A stretch of DNA of 63,865 nt, counting the filler, from Octopus bimaculoides (taxonomy: Eukaryota), in assembly GCF_001194135.2 (NCBI RefSeq). It is 5 parts of 5 records of this genome, joined end to end, with 100 filler letters (N's around TTAATTAATTAA, not from the genome) between each part and the next. Parts side by side here need not be neighbours in the genome. Positions count along the whole stretch, not along the records: positions 1 to 6,947 come from NC_068982.1; positions 7,048 to 26,081 come from NC_068989.1; 3 more parts are not named here. One strand, written 5' to 3'. The position numbers and the translations under genes were made by a program. A model generated the notes under the pieces. It searched no databases. It had not been told where the DNA came from and saw nothing but the letters and a program-made list of their open reading frames with translations. The first letter of the stretch is position 1. Every line of letters starts with the position of its first letter. Shown piece after piece: positions 1 to 16,359 of the stretch.

Positions 1-39
<39 letters not shown>

Positions 40-199
40 CACACACGCACACACGCACATACACACGCATATATATACACACATAAATACACGTTTATAA
101 TATATGTATTATTAAACATATATATACATACACACACACACACACGCACAAACATATATATATATACATATACAGACATGATCGTATATGCATTATTAA

Positions 200-274
<75 letters not shown>

Positions 275-1130
275 CATACACACACACGCACATACACACA
301 CACGCACACACACACACACACACATATATATAGATATATACACAGGTACATACATAAATGTATATGTATTATTAAACATATATATACATACATACACACA
401 TGCATATACACACATACACATACACACACATATATACATATATTCATACAAACCCACGCACACACGCGCACACACATGCACACACGCGCGTACACACGCA
501 CACACACATATAGACGCACACAGATACATGCCACCCGATAACGTATGTATCATACTTTTGTTCCTTTGCAGATTTCAGTCACTGAACTGCGGCCATAATA
601 TTACGCCGTTCTCGAGAATTTTAGTCTACTTATAAACTGTAGTACCTCTATCCATCAAGTGCTGATTTCATTGGAATCGATTTATCGATTTGTTAAGTAA
701 CTGTAATAGAGAGGTACATAAGTCGACTCACCGATTTATGTCGTTAAACATATACACTATCATCATACATACATGCATTCATACTTACATACATACATAC
801 ATACTTACATATATACATACATATATACATGCATGTATGCATGCATGCATATATACATACATGCATACGTACATACATACATACTTACATACATGCATAC
901 TCACATACTTATATACACATACATACAAGCATATATACATACATGCATACATACATATATGCATCCATCCGTACATACATACATGCATACATACATACGT
1001 GCATACATACATCCAGACATACTTCCATACATAGATCCATACATACATACATACGTATATATATGCATATATATATATATATACATATATACATATATAC
1101 ATACACACACACACATATATATATATTTAT

Positions 1131-1163
<33 letters not shown>

Positions 1164-1190
1164 TATGCTTACATACATATAGTTACACAA
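1..1190. repeat. Microsatellite block: (AT)n, (AC)n, (ATAC)n, (ATGC)n
   Basis: Directly visible di- and tetranucleotide arrays. The ORFs here are YI/HT/CV repeat translations. Confidence 0.95.
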
Positions 1191-2119
1191 GCATATCCAT
1201 ATTTACGTATGCTTCGTACAATTTCCATGTGTCAAATTCTATTTATCAATTATTAATCAAACCGAGATTAAAATAAATAATTGCTTAATGTATTGTGCTA
1301 TAGGATGGAACGGGGAACACTTTGTTTGCGAAGTGTTGGTCACATAGCTACAGAATCAAAGATGAGTGACTCCTTGTTAGATGTCTCCATCGCGAACTAT
1401 AACCGGAGAAAGAGGTAGATCTCGTGGGACCGATTAATCTTGACAGCCGCCTAATTTCTATTACCCGGGATTTTACAGAAACGGTGGCTTAGTTACAATG
1501 CAATACGAATGGCCTGACGATGGATAGATTCAAATAGAATTTTATAGAAAAATCTACGAAGTTTCTCTCAAGTATAAATATTAGCATTAACTTAGCAATA
1601 TGGATTTTCACGATATAACATTAGACTCTCTCTTCATGTGCTATGTCTACAGGTATCGACCATCTCTGGCCTTCATTTCAAAGTCTGAAGATTCAATAAT
1701 GTTTTTTTAGAAAGATACAGCGCAGGCTTTCTGTTGTCTACTACTGGTTCATTTATAGTTTATTCTGTTAGTTGTCTGCTCTCCCGAGCTTGTTCTTGAA
1801 GCACAGAGCCTGCTATACCCGTATCAGGCAGTTCGCGTGACATCAGAGAATGTCAACAAACCAGTGGGGGTGTGTGTTGCATCTCTAATGGCCAGCTCTC
1901 CATTGATTCCTGAATGTCTTAGCCACAAGACTGTCTTCTGCTATATGACCCTTAATCGGGACTCTTGACAAATTCTGCCTCTCCGAGACGTAAAAGACAT
2001 GTGAGCAGTGGTAACTACGTGGAAACACTTTACTCCCCAAAACACCTGAACTCCGCAGCTGGAGTCACACAGTCGGATGCAGTTTGATGTCTTCCCCAGG
2101 AGCATCCTTTAAATTAGTT

Positions 2120-2500
2120 CTACTGAAAGTCAATTAAAGACATTGTTGATATTTATAAACATTCCATACATCCACCATCCACATTTAGAAAATTTGAGGT
2201 CAAAATAAGAGAGTCTTTGATATTACCTCGGACAAGGATACCTTCAATAAAGCAGCTACATATTATAACGATGCACTAATTAGGAGTGGCTTCAGTGAAA
2301 GATTAGTTTATATGGATAGAACTCAATTCATTTTACAGCAGAGTGGAGCCAAGGAAAGGTATGTAATCTGGTTTCATACACCACACAACCAAGAAATCAC
2401 CACGAACGTAGTCAGCGATTTCTTAACTCAAAGATATAATTTCCTATCACGAGTACAACTATTATAAACTATTCAACTGACAAAATGGTAAGGTCAGTTG
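2120..2500 (+). mobile_element. Degenerate Penelope-like element (PLE) ORF fragment, post-RT region
   Basis: Frameshifted translation gives Y*KS (YRKP-like), HPPSTFRK, SDKDTFNKAATYYNDALIRSGFSERLVY, YVIWFHTPHNQEITTNV and NGKVS. These match PLE motifs I recall as HPP..I, F..AAP.Y..AL..SG, IWFNPP...TNV and VKVSY. Confidence 0.7.
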
Positions 2501-3222
2501 ATAATTTGTAGATAATATATATTCTCAGGTCAAATATATATATTCTAAGGTCAAATACTACAACCATCAACACCCAACCACACATCCACAATTCTCTCAG
2601 TCAATCACCATCTGTCGAATTCCATATGAATGTTCATTGAAAAGGACCCTACCTTTCGAAAGAAGTCGTATGCCCAGAAGTTATAGACATCTTAACGCTA
2701 TTTAAAGGGAGTTAAAAAAAACATTTACCCAGAGACCGTTTCTTTCAACTTCATACATTCAAGGCAAAAAAAAAAAAAAAAAAAAGCCAACAAAAAACAG
2801 GGAAAATTTTCAATTCTGTCACAATTCTTGTGTGAACTCAGCGACGAGGACTAGAATGCCTTCCAGTAACATGAAACATTTTTGTGAGGGCTACACCGCA
2901 CTTCAAGGAGGTGCGGAAATGTAGTTTTTCCATGATTGAAAACGTCCAAACCCTGAAGCAATTAACAATACGACTTAATCAGAGAACGGAGGATTTGACG
3001 AACTGCTATCACTTTCTGGCTAAAAATTGTTAAGGTTACATCTATCCGTGGAATACTCAGCCACTTAAGTATTTATTCAACGAACAGACAATTCAGTTGC
3101 TCAAACAACTGAAAAATCCTCATCGTCGAGACCGACGGAGAACCATCGATATTTGTGTGCATCTTTATATTTGTGAGTGAGTGTGTATTTGTGAGTGTGT
3201 ATATCTGTGAGTCTGTGTGAAG

Positions 3223-5930
<2,708 letters not shown>

Positions 5931-6191
5931 CAACAAAAATAATTGGTAAGCTAACTTATATATATATAAAGATATACATACACATACATATATATTATAC
6001 AAATATATACATACATATAATTGTATATACGTCACAAACATAAAGCTATACACATGTACACACACACACAAGCGCATGCAAGCACACACGTGTGAACATA
6101 AACAAACTGCGCACATAGATATGTAATTTACAATCTCATACGTATGTAAACGCATATAAATGTTACCTTTGCTTTCGGTGATATATCTTAC

Positions 6192-6324
6192 CTGTCTCTA
6201 ATTTACTCTTCTGATGTCCTCAGATTGCGCACCTAGCTTTGTCGATATTGGAATTGGTGTTGAAATATCAATAGTTTCTGCTGTGGCCGCGATCGATGGA
6301 AACTTCATTGCCAATTGCCAATAG
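6192..6324 (-). other. Candidate 133-nt non-coding or UTR exon
   Basis: Minus strand: long pyrimidine tract + ctgcacag|CTATTGG...GACAG|gtaaga. Complex unique sequence between repeats, with stops in all three frames. Confidence 0.3.
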
Positions 6325-6344
6325 CTGTGCAGCAGAACACAACG

Positions 6345-6830
6345 ACAAGAAGAAGAAGAAAAAGGAGGAGAAGAAGAAAACGACAAAGAAGAAGAAAAAG
6401 AAGGCGAAGGAGAAGAAGAAGAAGTACAAGAAGTAAAAGACGAAGAAGGAGAAAAAGAAGAAGAAGAAGAAGAAGAAGAAGAAGAAGAAAAAGGAGGAGA
6501 AAAAGACAAAGAAGAAGAAGAAAAAGAAGACGAAGGAGAAGAAGTACAAGAAGTGGAAGACGAAGAAGGAGAAGAAGAAGGAAAAGAAGAAAATGAAGAA
6601 GAAAAAGAAGTAGAAAAAGAAGAAACCGAAGAAGATGAAGAAGAAAAAGAGATACAAGAAGTACAAGAAGAAAAAAAGACGAAGAAGTAGAAAAAGAAGA
6701 CGAAGAAGAAGACGAAGTACAAAAAGTACAAGAAGAAGAAAAAGAAGAAAACGAAGAAGAAAAAGAAGACGAAGAAGAAAAAGAAGACGAAGAAGAAGAT
6801 GAAAAAGAAAATGAAAACGAATACGAAGAA
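6345..6830. repeat. Degenerate (GAA)n purine-rich tract followed by (AAC)n/(CAC)n
   Basis: GAA/GAAGAC/GGAGAA units. The motif GAAGGAGAAGAA...GTACAAGAAGT recurs near 6405, 6530 and 6650. Confidence 0.9.
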
Positions 6831-6947
6831 GAAAAAGAATATCAAAATTAACGATAGTAACAAAACAACGTCATTGACAACCAACAACAACAGCAACAAC
6901 AATAACACCACCACCACCACCACCACCACCACCATCACCACCACCAG

Positions 6948-7047
6948 NNNNNNNNNNNNNNNNNNNNNNNNNNNNNNNNNNNNNNNNNNNNTTAATTAAT
7001 TAANNNNNNNNNNNNNNNNNNNNNNNNNNNNNNNNNNNNNNNNNNNN
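6948..7047. other. Scaffold join: 44 N + TTAATTAATTAA + 44 N (assembly spacer)
   Basis: Palindromic 12-mer with stops in all six frames at 6992-7003, inside an exactly 100-base gap. The same design recurs four times. Confidence 0.9.
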
Positions 7048-7106
7048 ACACACACACACACGTATATATATACACACACACACACACGTATATATACACA
7101 CACACG

Positions 7107-7139
<33 letters not shown>

Positions 7140-10100
7140 GTATATATACACACACACACACACACGTATATATATACACACACACACGTATATACACACA
7201 CACACACACACGCGTATATACACACACACACACACACGTATATACATACACACACACACTCCTTGTGCAAGCCAGAAATATGCCCCAGAACACAAGGCCA
7301 ACACAAAATGGAACAAGATTCCAAGGGAGAGGAAGATCCTCATGAGACAGACGAAGATTGCAAATCACTTCAACTAACATTCCAAAAGTAGGGAAATTGC
7401 TCTCTCTCCCTTACATAGGAATGTTGCAGGTTTTTTTCAGACAAAGATGCTTGGGTTACAAAAGACACCAAGTCAAACTCAAAGGCCTGCTTTCATTATG
7501 GCAAAGAAACAGCCTCGGTACACTGCAAAATAGGACCCCTCTTCCAGAAGGATAGCTCCCTCACAGATAACCCAACCAGGATCAGTGATGGTCCTTCAAA
7601 GCTATAAAAAAAACCTCAGACCATTGATATCTATAGCACTGATCAAGGAGGATGCCAGTTAAACACCAAGTACCAGTATTCCAAGAACATTATTTCCCAG
7701 AATTAAAATGAAGCATGGTATTTTATTAAAGCCCTATCCAAAGGGGCAACTAAACACCTTTAGCCAATGTGACCATATCATTTGTGCACCTTAATGACCC
7801 TTTTAGCCTTAAAATAAGCTATGTCAGAAGAGTGGTAAGTTCATTCATTTAGCTTAGTTCTAAATCCAACAGTTCCAATGTAAACAGAGAGGGCTACTCC
7901 TGTACTTGGTCTACCCTTTACAAAACCCATCATAATTATCATGGCCATCATTGACTACTAGCAAAAACTTTGAGAATATAGCCTCGAAATGAGGTCTCCA
8001 GTCAGAGTCCCTAAAGACAGTACAGTTTACAGTATTGTTCCTAAAAGTTGTGTGCCAATATAGATGCATTTGCTTTCTTTGGATCACACAAGAGAAAGAG
8101 GATGAAAAGAGAACCAGAGAAAACCTGTGTAGACAACAGGTAGCCTTGCATATTATATAATCAAAGACTATTACACCCTAGCAAAGAGATTCTAAGACAT
8201 GGCTACATGGTTTCACTAACCGGGATACCTTAATTGTTTCAGACAGTTATAATTTTAATCTTTCTCCAGATGATCCCCACTGTTCTAATAATCAGCTAAG
8301 TAGCTGCTAAAAATAGAAAAAAAATTCAATTTCTACTACCAAAATATAATGCCACTAAAATACTAAACATATAGAAAAGAATCTCAAACCAAGCAATGAT
8401 AAAGTCTATTTTTACTGCTAACAATCTACATGTCAGCTCATTCTCGCGAGCATGCAGATCTAACTGGTTCTCCTTCCCAGAGAGAAATGGTTAAGATTCA
8501 AGTGATTGCATAACAAGTTAAGCAGATTTAAAAAAAATTGGGAAAATGCAAGACATTTGTTTTTTTTGTTTTTTTTTTTTTCAAGATTTACTAACATCAT
8601 TATTATTATTTTTACCTTGTATCATTTATTTATTTTATTAATGCAATTAAGACAACTAGCAAGAATTAGAAAAAAAATTAATTTTTTTTTTTTAATCAGT
8701 TTCTCCATATTTTGATATCAGATTGGAAGCTGGAGAGGTGAAATCACGTGATAGGTTGGATCAATAACCAGGTTTCAGAAAGGTGAAGACCACCAAAAGG
8801 TCAAATAATAATAAAGTGAAGCAATACATTCTATACCCAGTCTGTGTGTGTGTTTCTCTACTTACCCTATGTCTTTAGCTGTCAAAGACAACTGATGCAT
8901 TGTAAGGCCAAAGGGTATATGTGTCTAACCCACACACGCACATGCAAATACGTCTGATTGGTGTTCCTCGATAGTGTTTGTCTCTTATATAAAATCCAAT
9001 TTTACAAAGTCTTCTAGTGCTTTCTTTCATTTCAAATAATTTTCCTTTTCATTTCACAAAATACATTAACTTTTCACTCTCCCTCTCACCTGTTCATATA
9101 TATATATATATATAGTTAGCATGCCACCAGAGTTTCATAAGGTGGCAACAACTGCAGCTCTCATAATAGAATGTATCCAAGGCATTCTGTAAAGGAAGTG
9201 CAGGATGAGTAATGAAAACACTGGGTGGAGAAGACTCTTCAACGTTGTTAATGACATGACAATCTTTCTTGTGCTGGTGCCCAATGATCAACATTAGGAA
9301 GGACATCCAGTTATAGAAACCATCCAAGTTAAGAATGAAAGATATGACAGTCAGCATGGAAAACAGACATAAAATGTTACAGTTCAGGCCCAGGTCAAAA
9401 CTCTGATCAAAGTCATTCCATCCATGGTCCATTCCATCTGCTTACTAGTGTAGAAGAACTTGGTTTACCCAATGCATCGTTCTTATATGATGGCATAGTT
9501 TCTACAGCTGGATACCCTTCTTAACACCAACTACTTTACAGAGCATGCTGGGCGCCTTTTACATGCCACCGGCACGGGTGCGTTAACACAGTACTAGCAA
9601 GTGTGCTTTTTAATGGCACCAGCACCTGAAAGAAGCCGGTATGGGTGGAAGAGCAATTTTACTTAACTTGACAGTTCTTACCAAGTACAGCAAATCCGCC
9701 ACATCGGCCTAATATATTATATTAGCTGATATTGCAAGTTACTCATCAACAGAACATACTAACAACCAGTAGCAAATTGTTCACGCGTCACCCCATTACT
9801 TTAGGGAAGACAGATAGGATCAAGAATATTTCTTTATTTCTGAGAGTGAGAGACGGAGAGAAAGAGACATACAAAAACAAATATACACAAGAAAATTAGC
9901 TGTGTTAAATGAAAGAAATTTTCTGGAGACACTAGTATTATCCTAAGATGTAATTAACGAATATGTTTTTCACAGCCCAATAATTAGCGCCACCATCACC
10001 ATACTCTCGTTGGATAATTATTAATCTTATGTTATATGAAATGTTTCTTGTTATTTTGTTATAAAATTTAGATAACACCTCCAGGTCAATATCAAGAATG

Positions 10101-10240
10101 CATGGTTGTATAGGTAAAAAGCCCACTTAGCAACTATATGTTTTCGGGTTCAATCCCATTGTGGCATCTTCAGCTGTAGCTACAAGTTAACGAAAGCCAT
10201 GAATTTAATAGACATAGTTCATGGAATCTTACTCCATGTG

Positions 10241-10312
<72 letters not shown>

Positions 10313-11053
10313 CAAATACTTTTTTACTTGTTTCAGTCATTAGACTGCAGCGATGCTGGGGCACAGCCTTGCTCCATAATGCTTGTTCCACCCGAGTTGC
10401 CCAGCACTCCCTTTTTACTTTCACCGTGATAGATGCACTGAAGCAGTGACTGGCATACTGTAACCCATCAATGTTATTGTCCACAAAATGCAAAATGAAT
10501 TAAACATGAATCGCAAAAGCACTGGGAAAAGAGCTTTTTAAACTACTACCTTCCTTAACTTCAACAGAAGTGGCACATTGAATAAAATAATGGGACGTAG
10601 CTACATTATATCTGAAGGAAAACAGGAAAGGAAATGATATGAAAATGCTTGGTTCATAAGTCTGTTCAAAGTTGACCATAGCAAAATTTGAACTCAGAAT
10701 GTAGAAACAGAAGAAATACTAAAACACAACACTTCAGAAGCTCTAGTGAATTTCTCACTGCCTTCAATATCCACATCAAATTTTGGAATGAAGTATGTAT
10801 ATAGGTTAAGGAGGGGGGGGGAGTCAATTAAAGCTATCAATCCACTACCTTTAACTTCTAATTTAGGAACAAGGCCAGCAATTTCCAAGGAGAGAGTTTG
10901 GCAATTACAATGATTGCAGCATTTAATTGCTGCATCATTTTATCAACTCTGGAAGGATGAAAGGCACAGCTAACCTCAGTGGAATTAAAGCTCAACATAA
11001 AGAGCTGACAACAAATACTGTAAAGTAATTTATCCAACACTAACAATTCAGCC

Positions 11054-11093
<40 letters not shown>

Positions 11094-11123
11094 TAGATAA
11101 TAATAAAATTAATTCCAACTTAC

Positions 11124-11222
11124 TTCAAAACGTTCAAAAGTCCTGTTGAAGGTGTCCATGTACTGATGCAGGATCAAATCAGTACCTGTTTCAATTTGAT
11201 CCTCAGACAATGAGTCACTGCA
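11124..11222 (-). CDS. MIS12: MIS12 coding exon 3: CSDSLSEDQIETGTDLILHQYMDTFNRTFERFE
   Basis: Acceptor tctctttctctctttctgcag and donor GAA|gtaagt; 99 nt, phase 0-0. Continues exon 2 in frame and aligns with the Mis12 region I recall from human ([29 protein letters not shown]). Confidence 0.88.
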
Positions 11223-11504
11223 CTGCAGAAAGAGAGAAAGAGACGATAAGAACAGAAACAATGATTTCAAACTTTGACGCAAGGTTGGCAAGTTCTGGAT
11301 GCGGGGGACAGTTGATTACATCAGCCCCAGTGTTCAACTGATATCTATTTCATTGAACCCATAAAGATGAAAGGCAAAGTTGACCTTGACTAAATTTGAG
11401 TTTAGAACATGAAGACGGATGAAATGCCACGAAGCATTCTGCCCAGTGTGCTAATGATTCTGCCAGCGTTGCTGCTTTGACAAGAATAGATATGATAATT
11501 AGAT

Positions 11505-11892
11505 TTATTCTTTTACTTGTTTCAGCCTTTGACTGTGACCAGGCTGGAGCAACGCCTTTAGTCGAGTAAATCAATCCCTAGTACTTATTCTATCAGTCAT
11601 TTTTGCCAAACCGCCAAGTTATGAGGATGTAAGCACACGAACATCGGTTGTCAAGCGATGGTGGGGGAGACAAACACAAACATTTGATATATATATATAT
11701 ATATATATATTTATTTATTTATACATACACACACAACGTGCTTCTTTCAGTTTCTGTCTACCAAATTCACTCACAGGGCTTTGGTCGGCCAGACACTATA
11801 GTAGAAGACATTTGTCCAAAGTGTCATGCAGTGGGACTGAACCCGGAACCATGTGGTTGGGAAGCAAGCTTCTTACCACACAGCCACTCCTG
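11505..11892 (-). mobile_element. tRNA-derived SINE, abundant family in this window
   Basis: Reverse complement begins GGAGTGGCTGTGTGGTAAGAAGCTTGCTTCCCAACCACATGGTTCCGGGTTCAGTCCC (A/B-box-like). Related copies at about 19200-19520, 23960-24285, 34170-34537, 34590-34722, 44170-44830 and 53708-53880. Confidence 0.8.
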
Positions 11893-14800
11893 TTCTTTTG
11901 TTTAGGCAAACATATGACAGATGTAGGAATTAGATTGACCTCTAAGGATGTCAGGCAGTTGCTTCAATTCAATGGATGAAAGGCAAAGAAGTATAACCTG
12001 AAGGAATTTGAACTTAATAGTTTCTGGTAAAATGCCACACTGGAATTGAATCCAGAACTTTACAGTTACGAAGTGAACTTCAAGCTATACTGCATTCTCT
12101 AATAATCCTTCCTACTCTAGACACAATGCCTGAAATTTTGGTGAGAGGGACTAGTTGACTGCATCAGCACCAGTGCAAAACTGGTGTTTATTTTATCGGC
12201 CCCTGAAGAATTAGAAGGCAAAGTCAACCTCGGTGGCATTTGAGCACAGGATATAAAACCAAAAGAAATGCTACTAAGCATTTTATCCAGTTTACTAATA
12301 ATTCTGCCAGCTTGCTGAATTTTGCATTCTCTAATACTAATCCTTTCTACTAGAAGCATAAGTCCTGAAATTTTGGTGAAGGAGAGCTAATCAATTACAC
12401 TGACCCAAGTACTTAACCACTTATTTTATCAACTCCGAAAAGCTGAAGGCAAAAATCAACCTTGATGGAAAGGGGTGGGAAAATGCTGCAAAGCATTTGG
12501 TCTGGTGTGCTAACAATTCTGCCAACTCACCATCTGATATTCCCAAATAATAGTTTAATTTAGACACACAACCAGCAATTCTGAGGAGAGGGAGAATCAA
12601 TACTATCTACCCTTGGGCTACTGATATTATATTTTATTGACTCCAAAAGGCAAAAGCTGACCACAGTGCAATGTGAACTCAGAACATAAAAGCATCAGCA
12701 TAAATACTACAATGCATTTTTACTGATGTTCTAATGATTCTGCCAATCTTAATTTCTAATCATAATGGTTATAGTCAAAAAGTATTAATTTCTATTCGTG
12801 GAACAAGTAGAAAATTTTTTAGGAACCAAGACAAAAATAGATAGAATCAACTCACAGTATATTAAAAGTATTTAATATCGACAATAGAAGCATGAGAAAT
12901 AAACCTAATATCAATAGAATTTGAATGCAAGCATAACACAGGTGGAGGATCAGCAATTAGGTCATAGATGTCTGACAGAAGACCATTTTCATTTTATTTA
13001 GTTTCAGCGCATGAGCTGTGGCCATGCTGGGCACTGCCACTTGGTATTGCTACACAATTTTACTTCACGAATTGATATTTGGTGCATGAGAGAGTTTGAT
13101 GCAGCTGCCCTCATCTGCACCTCCTGTCACGAAGTTGGCTCATCTGGGACACCTGACAGGAAGAGGTCCAGCCTCATCTTGAAGACACCTATATTCACCT
13201 CATGCAGGTCTCTCAGGTCCTTCGGGAGGATATTGAAGAGCTGATAACCATGATAACTAATATTTTTTTCATCTGAAAAATTTCTACTTTTACTAACGAA
13301 AATTTCTCCTATTTACTTTAATATACAGGTCAGGTACAGGGGCATGCTTCATTGTGACATCCACCATTTTTCCGTATCTGCTCAGGTCCCCCAGGAAACC
13401 CTAGAAGCAGTGTTGCAGTCAGTTCCCATCTTGGTGATATACTTCATCTGCCATGATCACAAAGTATATGGCCAACCAACAAGCCATCGTCCTAGCTGCA
13501 GCATCCAACTTGAAAAATCAAGTAACACTAACAAACAGTATGAGCAGATGTTCGTGAATCATACAGGTAACAGGAAACATACCAGTTTGAGTATAACTGT
13601 TGGTTAGATACAAAATTTGACCAATGGTACCAAAGCATCCTAGAACTGAAGGAGTCAAAAGGTAAAAGCAATCTCTGGCCTACAGATAATTATCCAAGGA
13701 AAAGTATGGTAAAAGCAGTCCATGGTCTACAGATAATTCCCCCTTAACCACCCAGTTTTAACAGCGGTGTAAAGAAGTTTTTAGAGCAGAGATTTGGTCA
13801 AATGCATGATTGATAGAATGGGTCTTATACTCAAAAACAAGAAAAAACTTTGCAAGAGGCTGACAATTTCTGCCTACCAACTTCTGCTCTCGTGGCTTTG
13901 ACTAACTCAAAGATATGAGAAGACTGGCATACAGCCAATAGGAGATTAAACTGGAAACTACATAGATGCAAACTTTCTAAACACAGAGCTACAAACTTAA
14001 CCCTTTAGCATTCACATTCTTTCAAAAATAGTTCTTATTTATTAATGTTTTGAATTAATCATACATTAATTCATTGCTTTGAGATTTTAATGATGTGGTT
14101 GTTTATTTGTAGAGTGACATTGGAGGGTAGGTGTGAGAGATCAGATCTGTCCTGTCTGAATGTAAAACAGGTAGAACATTTTTGCCGGATATGGCAAATT
14201 TAAATGCTAAAAGGTTAAAGTAAGAAACGGCATACATTTTTTTTTCAAACTGAAGTCAGCAATGATTAGCTTGGGGAGATTAAGCAGAAACTGCTCACCA
14301 GCAGTTCACGGAGAGAACAAGCTGTAAACGGCCAACAGTAATCTCCCAAGTCACAAAACTGCAGCCAGCCTGCCAGCCGTGGTTTGTACCTNNNNNNNNN
14401 NGGGGGGGGGGAGAACAGACCTTGAACCAGTAGCAGTTTACTCAGAGACAAGCAGTCATTTGCTCAAATACACAACAATGTAAAAATCAGTAGTAAAATC
14501 TGAACTCAAACCCATAAAGTGAACAGTAAAATCACAACCTGATAAGCATTGTGATTTATAACACACACACCTTTACATTCTCCACTCTCCTCCTTCCGAC
14601 ACCAGGCTATGCTTCCTTATAGACAGTGTTCCCAGTTTTATCTATTTCGCTGACTACAGAATAAAGTTTTCCAAAAGCTACTGAACAGCAATATGGTATT
14701 TACTACACACATGCCAGCAGCAGCCAGATTAGGTGAAGACACCAATTCAATTAACTGCTTTTATTTATGGACCCCAAGAGTTACCAATAAATAAAATCAA

Positions 14801-15093
14801 CTGGAATCAGCCAAGAAGAATTAATCACTCTCCAAGCTGTCCATTTACTTGTGGTCAATGTCCATTTTGTCACAAGCACTCTGCCAGTCTGCTACTACCA
14901 TTTATTATGAGCACTGCTGTGTGATTAAGAAGTTCACTTTGCAACCACATGGTCCTGGGTTCAATCCCACTGCACAATACTTAGAGAAAGTGTTTATTGT
15001 AGTTTAGTGGCTCAACAATTCTTTGCAAATAGAATTTGATAGACACAAAATGATCAGAAGGCTATCATATGGTATGAGAGTGCAAAAGAGAGA

Positions 15094-15194
15094 GTGAGTG
15101 CACGAGAGATTGAGAGCGAGCGCACGAGAGAGAGAGAGAGCGAGCGCACGAGAGAGAGAGAGCGAGCGCACGAGAGAGAGAGAGCGAGCGCACG
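15094..15194. repeat. Compound minisatellite GAGCGAGCGCAC(GA)n running into a gap
   Basis: Four visible units before the N run. Confidence 0.85.
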
Positions 15195-16309
15195 NNNNNN
15201 NNNNNNNNNNNNNNNNNNNNNNNNNNNNNNNNNNNNNNNNNNNNNNNNNNNNNNNNNNNNNNNNNNNNNNNNNNNNNNNNNNNNNNNNNNNNNNNNNNNN
15301 NNNNNNNNNNNNNNNNNNNNNNNNNNNNNNNNNNNNNNNNNNNNNNNNNNNNNNNNNNNNNNNNNNNNNNNNNNNNNNNNNNNNNNNNNNNNNNNNNNNN
15401 NNNNNNNNNNNNNNNNNNNNNNNNNNNNNNNNNNNNNNNNNNNNNNNNNNNNNNNNNNNNNNNNNNNNNNNNNNNNNNNNNNNNNNNNNNNNNNNNNNNN
15501 NNNNNNNNNNNNNNNNNNNNNNNNNNNNNNNNNNNNNNNNNNNNNNNNNNNNNNNNNNNNNNNNNNNNNNNNNNNNNNNNNNNNNNNNNNNNNNNNNNNN
15601 NNNNNNNNNNNNNNNNNNNNNNNNNNNNNNNNNNNNNNNNNNNNNNNNNNNNNNNNNNNNNNNNNNNNNNNNNNNNNNNNNNNNNNNNNNNNNNNNNNNN
15701 NNNNNNNNNNNNNNNNNNNNNNNNNNNNNNNNNNNNNNNNNNNNNNNNNNNNNNNNNNNNNNNNNNNNNNNNNNNNNNNNNNNNNNNNNNNNNNNNNNNN
15801 NNNNNNNNNNNNNNNNNNNNNNNNNNNNNNNNNNNNNNNNNNNNNNNNNNNNNNNNNNNNNNNNNNNNNNNNNNNNNNNNNNNNNNNNNNNNNNNNNNNN
15901 NNNNNNNNNNNNNNNNNNNNNNNNNNNNNNNNNNNNNNNNNNNNNNNNNNNNNNNNNNNNNNNNNNNNNNNNNNNNNNNNNNNNNNNNNNNNNNNNNNNN
16001 NNNNNNNNNNNNNNNNNNNNNNNNNNNNNNNNNNNNNNNNNNNNNNNNNNNNNNNNNNNNNNNNNNNNNNNNNNNNNNNNNNNNNNNNNNNNNNNNNNNN
16101 NNNNNNNNNNNNNNNNNNNNNNNNNNNNNNNNNNNNNNNNNNNNNNNNNNATAAATGTTGTTTGAGTTGTTTAGTCTGGAGTTCAGCGTTCCGTCTATTT
16201 CTCTAATTTTATAGTAGAAAGTCAGGTATACAATCTAAAGATGTATAACCCACTTTCTACTAAACTAGTAACAAGATTTACTTTTATTACCAGTAGGATC
16301 CATGGAATT

Positions 16310-16359
<50 letters not shown>

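Noticed and set aside
95-1276. Long ORFs rich in YI/HT/CV (also at 3-6, 20, 31, 40, 52, 60 and 63 kb)
   Set aside because: Translations of dinucleotide and tetranucleotide microsatellites.
6222-6680. Plus-strand acceptor followed by an E/K-rich acidic frame
   Set aside because: In-frame TAG at 6322-6324, and the acidic part is a GAA repeat typical of non-coding DNA here.
6992-7003. TTAATTAATTAA as a regulatory palindrome
   Set aside because: Always centred in a 100-base N gap; a synthetic spacer.
9730-9839. Strong minus-strand acceptor (ctctcactctcag) as MIS12 exon 4
   Set aside because: Phase-0 reading gives K then stop; no Mis12 similarity in any frame.
10545-10607. Minus-strand acceptor (ttttccttcag) as MIS12 exon 4
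   Set aside because: Phase-0 reading stops at the second codon.
15094-16206. ORFs of 200-450 aa spanning N runs (also 31.6-32.7, 36.4-37.4, 42.1-42.8 and 52.4-53.8 kb)
   Set aside because: Open only because N codons are not stops.
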